DNA of 63,552 nt, the filler included, from Choristocarpus tenellus KU-1152 (lineage: Eukaryota; Protista; Phaeophyceae), in assembly GCA_964200185.2 (NCBI GenBank). It is 7 parts of 7 records of this genome, joined end to end, with 100 filler letters (N's around TTAATTAATTAA, not from the genome) between each part and the next. Parts side by side here need not be neighbours in the genome. Positions count along the whole stretch, not along the records: positions 53,038 to 63,552 come from CAXNAD020002884.1; 6 more parts are not named here. One strand, written 5' to 3'. The notes beneath the pieces were generated by a model that saw only the letters and a program-made list of their open reading frames with translations, did no database searches and was not told where the DNA came from. The position numbers and the translations under genes are program-made. Shown here in pieces: positions 52,938-63,552 of this stretch (its first letter is position 1; every line of letters starts with the position of its first letter).

Positions 52938-53942
52938 NNNNNNNNNNNNNNNNNNNNNNNNNNNNNNNNNNNNNNNNNNNNTTAATTAATTAANNNNNNN
53001 NNNNNNNNNNNNNNNNNNNNNNNNNNNNNNNNNNNNNAAATACCTTGTCCAAAATAAATACAAAATATAAAAAATAATAAAAAAAATTTTTTATTTTATT
53101 CTTGTAACCCCCCCCCCCCCCCCTCAAAATGGATTTGAAGCTCTGAAAACAGCGGAAAAATGCAATGCCCCCAAAAGCATATTAATCACCTTGGTACTTA
53201 TCACACCTGCAAACGCGGTACACTAGCCCAGCCCTGGCTAATCTCAAATTTTTGGATTCCATTCCCTTTTTAAACCGACAGTCCTCGAACTTACACTACA
53301 AAAGTAGTAGAACTCCACCGCTATAGGCATCGTGTTAGCACAAACCCCCCCATTAGTGTTCCAGTCTAATCTGTATCTTGAGATATTGGAAACATGTCGA
53401 CAACCTTGACTAACCTAACTGGTAGGGTTCCAACCCCCCCCCCACAAATAAAAAAAAACTTCACCATTATTCAAGATTTCATTTTGTAGAGGTTTTTAGA
53501 AAATTTACTGAATAGCCAGAGCACAGCGTCATGTTCCCAATTTCAGACCTAATGATTGACTTCTCCATACACACTACGAACACACCCAAGAGAGAAACAC
53601 CAAAGATAATAATAATAATAATAATAAAGCTATCATGCAGAGACTCCAGTGCTGGGACAACAACTGAAGGTTCCCCCAAGTAGCATATTTTCCAAAGTCA
53701 CACCACCATCGCATCCTTTTTCCAAAAGCATCATCGACAAGAGCAGCCTACCAGATCAAAAGTATGTAGCAAGCATCATCAACCGCAACCCTGCTGCTCT
53801 CCAAATCGCAAGTCCAGCTCTCACAGACTCCAAAAATGTAACTGCTTTACTGCACTGTACTGTACTGTACCGCCTACACTCCGTAAATCACAAAACAAAG
53901 CAAGGGCAACGAGGAGAATAGCACTGACAACAAACATCTCAC

Positions 53943-56704
53943 CAATAGCATCCACCTCGTCAAAGAACACAATGCACGCCTTCTTAGACCTCGCCATCGT
54001 GAACAGCTCTCGAACCATCCGAGCCCCTTCCCCCACATACTTCTGAACGAGCTCGCTCCCAATCACACGGATGAAGCAAGCATCTGTACGGTTCGCCACA
54101 GCCCTCGCAGACAGTGTCTTCCCCGTCCCCGGCGGGCCATAGAGCAGCACACCCTTTGGGGGGTCAATGCCAAGAGTGACAAATCGCTCTGGGTGAAGAA
54201 GGGGAAGTTCTACCACTTCTCGGAGCTTCTCCAGTGCATCCTTGGCACCCCCCACATCCTCGTATGTCACATCTGGCTTGTCCTCCACCGTCATAAGACT
54301 CACCTACAGTTACAGCAACACGCAAGTCCGAAATGTGTTTGTTTGTCATGCTAACTGTTGTACCTTCAAGTCCCCTATTAGAAGTTCGCACGTATCAATG
54401 ACCTCTTTTCGGCTCTTCACCCGCAGTTCTCACTGTCGTAAGGGTTAGGGTTAGGGATAACACTCTTCTTCGCATTTCCGTAACCGACTTTTAGTGCACT
54501 GGTGGTCTCTAAATTATCGCACACATCATCACCACGACTTTGGTTCAACCTACACAACCGTCAGAATGTTGGGCAAAATCAGGAATTGTCATCGGACAAA
54601 AAAGGACCATCATGCTGTAGGCAACAAGGTGTACACCCCCTACACCCCCAACAACGGCTTCACTCCTCGCCATACTGTCCAGAGGACCAAACTCCAACCA
54701 ATTCCAGTACACTGGCATCTATCATCGCGGCCTACGGAACAGAATACCTACCTTTTTTTTTTTTCTTTTATCAAAGGTTTGCACGAGGGCAGGGGCAGAG
54801 ATGCAACGGCGAATAAGGTGTGTAGGAGGGCAAAGGCAGAAAGAGAGTGCACACACACACACACACACATCACGACTCCAAAGATAGACCTTCATCTCTC
54901 ACCGTGGGGTCTATCTTTGGAGGCAAGGGAATCTGCACTGAATACTTAGTCCGGTCCACACCCACTCGCATTCCCTCTTCCACATCTGTTGGCGATACCT
55001 AAAAGGAGAAGAGCAATAGTGACGACGACAAGCCGTGTTTGTGTGCAGGTGTGTATTCACGCATTTCCCACAAACAAATAGAAGAGAGGGCACTTCTTCG
55101 GAGTATAGCAGTAGGGGTGGTAAGAGAGGGAGATTACAGCAAGAGCCAGTTGAGTACATGTGAGTGCGCTTGCAAAAAAGGTCGCCCAATAATAATAATA
55201 ATAATAATAACAATGTATGGGTTACTCTGTTCCGTTGGTGAACACCAACTACTCCATACACAGCAGAGAACATCCTTGACATTCCTGCCCTGATTCCTCC
55301 CTGATAGTCCTTCTTCTCCATTTTTTCCACCGCCTCCCCCCACAGGTGTCATGTATGGTGTCCAGTCACTTGTACACAACAAGCGGGTAGCACATGTGCA
55401 ATAGACACATATAATCTCACCCCTCCCAGGCCAATACGAGTCCAGGTTCAAGAATACAATGTCCACTTGTCCACTTCAAGGCACAGTCAGCACCAACAAC
55501 TGGGAAGCTACAAGAGGGCGATTGGTGTGTTGAGGGAGAGGGAGAGCTAATTAGCCTGTGTGTCGATACACCGGAAAAAAAAAAGATGCGCGTTTGGTTT
55601 AAACAGGGCAGGGGAGAACACACACCACAGGCCTGTAACAAAACTCTTCACCTTTTCCCCCAAGCCCACCACAAACTTGGCAATCTGGCGTATGTTGATG
55701 ACGTATTTGGCATCATCTTGCCCCGCATTGATAATCTTGGTGCACCGTGCTACCTGGCAAGACAAAGACAACGACAACGACAACAGAGTGGGGGAAGTTC
55801 TTGAGTGCCATGTGCCATGTGTGTACAGGGTTCTCACAAGGGCAAAAGGAGTGACTGTTGGTATTCCACTCCACCAGTATCCTCCCACTTATACCTTCCG
55901 CCCACCACCACGTTGCTAGATAAACGTCAACTTAGCACTGACAAAAAGGGCAACAGGGATTGTACCCCTCAGCGCTCATGGACCCAAACAAAACGTAAAT
56001 GTGTAGTGCACAAACAAGTCGTACTGAACACTGTTTTTTTTTTTCCCCATGAAAAAGAGAGCGAGTTCTGCACCTTTTGTCAAGTTTCGAGACACCTCAT
56101 CAACCAATGGGGGTGGGATCCAGTACTCTAAAACAGGCAGATACAATAACCGAGAAATGAGAACATAAGCCCCCTCCACCAACAAGGCGCGTCGAGAGCA
56201 CAAGACATACTCCCCCCCTCCCCCCATGCCCTCCAACTTCACTGTGAAAGAACAATGCAGTTTCTACAATTTATCACCTGGCACTCCGAAAGAGTGTCAA
56301 TAAAACTTCCCATGTTCCTTGACCCGGTCAAAAAATAAAATCCCTGAGGCAACTCTCCATCACATCTTTCTAGACCTTGACTGCATCCTTCAATTCAAAC
56401 ACAACAGGCACTGACCAGTGTGTATACTACTCTGATGGATTGGGGGCTGTGGTGAGAGGGTTGGGGTCCACATGCCACTACACCACTCACAGAATAGAGA
56501 CGAGCACTGTCTGAGACCAATCCACAAGTATCATTGCTATTCCAAACCTATCCACCTGGACTGGACTACACCTACCATAAGCATTTCCCTCTTCAAAAAG
56601 CACAATTTCATCATACTCCAACCATAAATTTCCCACAGCACAATCGAAGGTGAAATAGCCAAGGCTGATAATAAGAGAATAAGAGAATGAATTTAGGAGA
56701 AAAG

Positions 56705-56762
<58 letters not shown>

Positions 56763-58163
56763 GGATGTAAATCATACCCAGTAGTACTGTCACATATATA
56801 GGTACACATGCTTCTCAGAAAAACACACAGATTCTACATGCAGACTGCACAAAACCACATAAAAGGAATCTTTACATGTCTAACCCCTCATGTAGCGTGG
56901 TATGAATACAAAAATGTACTTCTATGGGCAGAGATGCACAAAAAATGCCAAAAATCCCTCGTTTCATCTCCAGCCATAACATGAAGTCAAAGAGGTGATG
57001 ACTTCCAAGCATGATGCAATGGGCAGGGAGATGGTATCATTACCTAGGACATCTCCCTCAAACATGAACTGAATTGGTATTTGTTCTTTTGGCAATGATG
57101 GTGATGTAGTGAAAGAAAAATGGAGAATGGAGGAGACAGCACAATCTTCTTAAAAATAATGTTATCAGTAAGCAGGCATGCATTTCAATAGTAAAACCCA
57201 AGCTCCTGTTCTTGCCTGCAATGGCTGCTCCTCCTGCATCATTTGCTTGTCAGAAACCAGGTCCCACTGACTGGGCTGAGAGAGCCCTGTGTCTGACTCT
57301 TTTATCCCTATCAGCTCCTTCACATGCTCCTGTCGAGGACACAGGATGGTACAATAGGGGTGTTGGTTAATCAACGAATCAAATTCAGGGATGCCCCGCT
57401 TCAGCATGTACTGGGATGTACCTGTAAGATTCTTTCTTCAGCCGTTATGTCACACACATAATAGACTGGGGTGCTGAGCTTGAACACAAAATCACCCTAC
57501 CCTTAAGCTTATACTGCAAGGGGGAGGGCTTTTCCCAAGCCCATAATGATGAAAGAACCTGCAGGGTTATTACCCACAAAATGTTGCAGAGGTTGCACGC
57601 TGAGCAGGTCATGAAGATTTCATGGAAGAAACTGCACCAGTATGTGTTGAGCTTCTCTCTGTATCTGCTTACGCAGTCGCGTTTCAAAGCCTTTAAGGTC
57701 ATTGTGCATGCACTTCACAAGAAAAGAGCGTCACTACTCCGGCTAACTTAACATTTCCTATGCAAACATACAAAACAATGATACAGTAGGTAGTATAGGT
57801 GCTCTCCTCGGCAAAAAACTAAATATTTGCGAAATCGTTGCTGCGTCAACTTGGCATTACGACCAAGAGCACGCATAGAAGCCTCCGAAGAGGGAGATGC
57901 CAAACATTATCACAAGTTCACTAGGGAAAGGCACTGGCACAGAGAAATAGCAAAGCACCATCTGTACCTTCTGTCCCCAACTACCTGACCTTGGCATCAT
58001 TGATTTCCTTCTCAATATCCTTGATCGCCGTAGTGTACGGCCCCAATCCATAGGATTTAAGCAGAGCGATATCACCCTCATCCAACGCGGGTGGGGGAGC
58101 CTCCTCCTCGTCTTCGTCATAATCCTTCTTGTTGCTCGTCTGACACGCCCCTTCTTCCCCCAT
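53943..58163 (-). CDS. PSMC2: 26S proteasome AAA-ATPase subunit RPT1 (PSMC2), first 5 exons
   Basis: Exons 57990-58163 ([18 protein letters not shown]), 57216-57329 ([15 protein letters not shown]...EEQPLQ), 55652-55753 (VARCTKII...KFVVGLGEK), 54903-54998 ([16 protein letters not shown]...PLPPKIDPT), 53943-54303 (Walker A GPPGTGKT, Walker [10 protein letters not shown]). The rest lies beyond the contig end. Confidence 0.97.
56709..56760. repeat. (AG)n microsatellite
   Basis: Uninterrupted AG run in a PSMC2 intron. Confidence 0.95.
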
Positions 58164-58400
58164 ACTGTTCGATTTTTTGCAAGAACAGGGAGTGCCCTGC
58201 CGCAACCCTTAATGTACCCTCTCTTTGGCTATCAAAAACTATAGCGAGCAGATCCTTCAACAGTTTTTCACACTCCCGTTGATCTCTCCGTATCCCTAGC
58301 GTATCTCTCTCACACGGTCCCTTTCCACACTCCTACCATGAAGTAATGATTATCCCCTGATGGACACACGGACGATTGAAGGACAGGAAGGGCACACAGG

Positions 58401-58450
<50 letters not shown>

Positions 58451-59197
58451 AAACACTCAACACTCTTGTCTTTCACCAACACGTTGTGCAAGTGTCACAT
58501 TTTCTCTTGAGATGTCAGACTTGATGACAGGGCTGGGATGCCCACAAGTCACAGAGCATGCTTGATTTCTCAACAATAGACAGAAGACCAGCGTTACAAA
58601 TCTTCTGCAACTTACGAGAGAGGTGCGATGACCAATCCCAAACGCCACACTTAGTCCTTCGACTTCGACCCACCCTAGATAACACACTCCAAGATTTACT
58701 ACGCCAGGTGTGAGAGGGGCAACAGGTTGAAGATTCTTGCAACAAAGTATCGATACACCACACCTGTCTGTGAGTACTTCCGTCTTTATTGATACAAAGT
58801 TGGTCAATGTTGCAATGTTGGATGGGGTGTGGAGTCCGTTCTTTAGAAAACACGATTTAGGGTTAGGGCTCCTGGACTGCAGATCAATGATGGGACAGCA
58901 AATACACAGGATAGAGAGGACAGCAAATTAACTGAACAGAAGCGATCATTGCGCGCGGTGACTGACCCGGTGTGATCATTCCCTTCCAGCGAAAGTTTGC
59001 CACAGACGGGAGTGCCGCGCTTTTGCAACTGGCTTAAACGACAGAGCTCCCTCCACGTCTTCTTCTAGTGGGAGGGCGTGTTAGGGTGAGAGAAGGTCGA
59101 GAACCCCTGTCAGGTTTTGGACTAGGCTTCGACGAGGAGCGCGATTGATATACAACTGAAAAATACTTTAGGTGAAGGTGGTTCCTTCGGAGTAATC
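58164..59197. promoter_or_regulatory. Putative bidirectional promoter between PSMC2 and SF3B1
   Basis: Divergent ATGs (58163 on -, 59198 on +) lie about 1.03 kb apart. The region looks CpG-rich by eye compared with introns. Confidence 0.6.
58403..58456. repeat. (AC)n microsatellite
   Basis: AC run in the PSMC2/SF3B1 intergenic region. Confidence 0.95.
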
Positions 59198-62100
59198 ATG
59201 GCTGATGCAGTTGATGATGAGATCAAGGCCCTGCAGAAGGAGAGGGAGAATGGTGTTGTGGTTGACGCTGCAGATGCTGACGGGAATGACGATGAGGCTG
59301 CCGGTGATGATGAGGCGGATAGGGTGGCATTGACTGGCGCGGGAGCTTTCGACAGAGATATCTATGGAGGAGGAGATAAATTCGCAGGGTGAGTTTACAT
59401 CTATTCTCTCCCCACCAGGTTCTCCATATGTGGTTGGGGTGTTTTATTGATATGGGACGAGATATTCCCATGTCGAGTTTACTGCTTGGGCAATACAATA
59501 TGATTTTTTTACTTGCATTGCCATAATTGACCCCAAGTCCTCAGTGTAGTTGAGTTGTTGGTATCAAGGCTCACCAGACTTCTCTGGTGGTCACAGGTTC
59601 TGTGTTGTATTACCTCTCGGACACTTCTCCTGACAGCCCTTGAAGCACTCCACCGATACCTCCCCCCTCCCCCCTCCCCCCCCCCTCACATACCCATATT
59701 CCTGTCACCGATTAGAAATATGAATGGGGTACACTTTCTTTTTGATTGGTTCTTTATTAGATCGTGTGATAAGATCTAGGGAGACGCTCAAGAATTCATA
59801 CCATTAAGGAATGGGTTAAGTAGGTGATATTTTCCCCTGTGTGGGTTGCGCACACAGTACAACGAAGGATGAAACAGGAATCACTGGATCATCACTTTTG
59901 TGCTTGATTATTTGCTCTACTAGAGTTTTTTTTATGATACTGGTGAAGGGAGAACATGATGTCACACAAACGGCACTTTTGTCATTTCCAAATACCTACT
60001 GTTGTTTGTGTGCTGAACCTAGTGTAGATATAATTTAAAGATCGTCATGATGATACAAGCAGTGCACATCACTGGGAAAGCCTTTTATGTAGTCTTTGTG
60101 CTGTTTTCACTCTCCTTCTGTTATAGGACAAACATCTTTGACCCTTTATTCTCTTAATTTCCTTTCCCCTTTCCCATCAAAGTCACTAGTGCATTAACGC
60201 TCATCCGCCCATTCTTTAGTCACCCCTCCCCTTCCCACCCATCCACACTTTTAACCCAAACGTGAATCCCATCCGATCCCTGGCATTATCCCTTATCTAC
60301 ACGCCTGAGAATTTACTCTCTACTGCACAGATGGCATGTCTCACAAGATTTAACATCCCAAGCAACTCAACCCCTTGACTTCACATTAACTCTCCATCTC
60401 TGCTTATATCCCTACCCCAAAAGATCTTGAACTCACCCTCTAAATATCCTTACTTTTCTTTAACAATCTCCCCCCTCGCCCCAGTCCTGCTGTTATCACA
60501 TCCTTCCCAACGCCCTCCCCCCCCAACCCTGTCCAACGCAAACCCCAACCCACACCTGAGAAAACTGTGCTTGAGATTGTGCACACTCTCCCTAGATGTC
60601 AATCCCAAGCAGAGTATTCACCTTTACTTGGCATTTACCCTTCAATTTTGGACCGAAGTATCCAGTACATTTTACAAAGTAGTGGTGTATTTGTATTGAT
60701 ATATGTGGAAGTTTGACATGAAGGGTTGTTTGATATGTCCCACACAGTGGGAAGATGATTATAGTTCAGCTTGCAAGAGTACGAGCTTTACGGTAGGAAG
60801 ATTGAAGTATGTTATGTTGCATATTCTTTTCTTGTCCGTTTACCCCCGAAACAATATATTGTATCACCATTGCAATATGGCATCAATATTCAACCAATCC
60901 ATGCAGTAAGTCCTTTAACCTAAACGCCAACCCTGACTCCGACCCTCCAATGGTCTCCTCTTCACCAAAAAAGGTTTACACGTACTGTGGTGGAGGACGA
61001 CGAGGACGATGAAGATGAGGTGGTGCATCACCGGGGTGGTGCATCACACCCGGCCTCCCGGGCTTCCATCAACGCTCCACGCTCTGTCCTGGAAGGCGGA
61101 GAGGAACGGGCAGGGGAGGGGGAGGATCCCTTCAATGAGAGGAGGGAGATGGGCTCAGGGATGGTTGACACTCGGATCTCAAACAGGGAGACTGCGTACC
61201 AAGCTCAACACCGCAATCGTCTGGTGATTTTTTGCGTCATGATTTTTTTAGGGGGGGGTGGGGGAAGAGGGGGGGATAGGAAGATTTTCAAAAGGAGTTG
61301 TTGTGGATGTTGTATTATTAGGAAATACGCAAGTGTAAGGAATACGGTGCTGGCAAGTTTCAGTTTTTTTTATAGATGTGTATTTTTTCGCGTTACCTTG
61401 CTCAAGCACATTTCCTAAAGACTATCTGTTGTACATAACGACAGTGTTTTTTAATTTTTTTTTTTGTGCCGACAATAAAACAACACTTTTTGTTGGCACG
61501 TTTAGACGCTTGGGGGTCTACCTGCCTGCGTACTCTTTAGGTGAAATGGTGTGTATGAAGTAATATTGTAACAGTATTGAAACGTATGTTTGGATGCCTT
61601 TGGTGCAGTCGAGACATGCAGCATGATTTTCATGATTTTTCACCTTGGTGGTGCTTGGTAAGTAAAAGTTTGAACTCTTGCTGTTGTGTTACCCTCCTGC
61701 GCCAGATTTCTCCTGCACGTGGCGATGCCTTCTCGGGTCAAACACCTGTGCGAAGCTTCAAAGATATCATGGCTGAGCAGGCGTTGGCTAAGGAAAAGGA
61801 TGCGGTAAGAGCGGAGAACAGGAACAATGGTGATGCAAGTTGAACTATTGTTATACTGTGGTGGGGAAAAAAGGAAGTGAAGTACCTTCGGACCATATTT
61901 GTTTTCTGTTTTGTTGCATTACGTTTGTGGGAAATATTGAAAACGTAGTAGGGAGCATTCCCAAGCGCGATATGATACTGCCTTAGGCCCTGTAAAAGAT
62001 GGACAGAACAAATCGTATCTTTTGTGTCTGATATGCCCCCCTTCTCTGCAAGGGTGTGTTCCAACTCCCATCTCCATGTTCAACCTATCCATGCGTTTGA

Positions 62101-62852
62101 TTTGATTCTTTCACGGAACCTGTTCTATATATTGTTATTTATTTATTTATTCATCCATCCATCCATCCATCCATCCATCCTACTGTTCTGTAGATGTGAA
62201 TAGGGTGGTGATTTGGTAGGTGGTACATTATGAATGCAATGGAAACTGACGATGGAACGGTGTATTCAGCATACACCTTCAATGGCATACGTATACGGTA
62301 GCATACCAATCCACCAACCCAGCGATATCAATGTTTGGTTTGTGACCATCTTTGATATTTCTTTGAGATGAATGGCCTCTGCAGTTCTAGTCGATACTCA
62401 CATCACTGATCCATGCGAGTGTTTGATTCATTCGTCCATCCATCCATCCATCCATCCATCCATCCATCCATCCATCCATCCAACCACTTGTGTGCGTTCT
62501 CGTTTTCGTTCTGATTATTTTCCTGTCAGATCCTTCGTAAGGCGGCGAAACAGGCAGAGGAACAAAAAGAACAAAAGAAAATATCAGATGCTTCCTCCAC
62601 CTCAGTTTATGGTCCGGGGGCGGGTAAAGCAGCGTCCTCGTCTGCTGCACAGGGCGCAGCTGCAGCCCGAAAGAAACGCAGGTGGGATGATGGAACTCCC
62701 GCTGCATCCAACCTTGCCACACCAGGGGGGGATGGGGACCAGACTCCGGCAGCAGGGTCTTCGAAGGTATATTCAGACTGGGATGCTGATGCAGCTACCC
62801 CTGTGCGCCCAGGGCTGGGGGGAGGGGAGACACCTGGTCGTACACCTGCACG
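59198..62852 (+). CDS. SF3B1: Splicing factor 3B subunit 1 (SAP155), first 4 exons
   Basis: Exons 59198-59388 (FDRDIYGG), 60974-61223 ([10 protein letters not shown]...DPF...[10 protein letters not shown]), 61706-61804 (ISPARGDAF...SFKDIM), 62530-62852 ([16 protein letters not shown] repeats). All are in phase. The gene continues past the window end. Confidence 0.93.
62437..62482. repeat. (ATCC)n microsatellite (second tract at ~62153-62180)
   Basis: Read directly from the sequence; lies in SF3B1 intron 3. Confidence 0.95.
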
Positions 62853-63552
62853 GTGAGCAAGTGTTGGAAAAGGGTTGGGGGGAGGGGGAGGGGGAGGGGT
62901 CAGGTGGAAGTAACAGTGGAAGAGTGGGAATGAAGAGGGATTTGTATGTGGATTAATTGCGCGTTTTATTGTTTTTTTTGTGAGTTGTCAACTCGTGGAT
63001 GGAGTTTTTAGGTAATCAGAAGCAGCAATATGTAGGGATTGGTGGAGCCAACTACTGTTACATGTATTATTTCTGGTTCTGATTTCTCAAAAGTGCTTTC
63101 TCTTGTCCACGGCTCAAAATCAAAACCCTGCTATGACACAGCCTAATCCAATATCATACTGAGACAATGATAAAACATTAGACTGTTTGTCTTCTGGCAT
63201 TAATTATTGTGATTGATGTGGATGTGAGTCTTGGGTTACGGTTGAGGGTTCTCAGGGTTTTGATGGTGAGAAGAGGCGAGGTTGGGCATACGTGTAGTGA
63301 TTTCAGAGGTGAAGGTGGAGGGCTTACCTCCCCAATTTTTTTTATATGAAGGATCTCACTTCCCCCTCAGTGTGTGTGCATCTGTATGTGTGCCTTTATT
63401 ACCAGCACTTTGTGTTTCTGTTTTTAATTTTTTTCATAATACTACTGAAAGTAGTACTCTACTTGAAAAAAGCAACTGATTTTATTATCCTTGTTTTCCC
63501 CCCTACCTACCCCCCCCCCCTCAATTCGTCTTCATCCAATATGTTGCAGTTG

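Noticed and set aside
269-63479. Most ORFs in the supplied six-frame track
   Set aside because: They are short intronic or antisense shadows with no motifs. The real coding sequence is in short exons listed above.

Overview
Eukaryotic, intron-rich genomic DNA. A photosynthetic stramenopile such as a brown-alga relative is my best guess, by inference only. The window is seven unrelated contigs joined by an artificial N44-TTAATTAATTAA-N44 linker: 1-22668, 22769-35266, 35367-40535, 40636-44874, 44975-50172, 50273-52937 and 53038-63552. By chaining exons manually in phase I reconstructed partial genes for an SHPRH-like SNF2 helicase/E3 ligase (+, 18 exons), a Strawberry-notch (SBNO) homologue (-, last 7 exons), FAM32A (+, last exon), a chorein-N/VPS13-family protein (+, first 4 exons), proteasome ATPase RPT1/PSMC2 (-, first 5 exons) and, head-to-head with it, SF3B1 (+, first 4 exons). 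A decayed Ty3/gypsy pol fills one contig. Most notable signals: (1) 5 of 37 reconstructed donors are GC, and 6 of 36 acceptors are AAG. (2) Short (TTAGGG)n tracts are dense in introns; one is flanked by a perfect 15-bp duplication, and several coincide with splice signals. (3) A multi-subfamily MITE-like family shares the terminus GR(G/C)YCAAAGTA and sits at many contig ends. (4) SHPRH carries a ~400-aa insertion with discoidin-like motifs. (5) There are CpG-deamination signatures suggesting DNA methylation.
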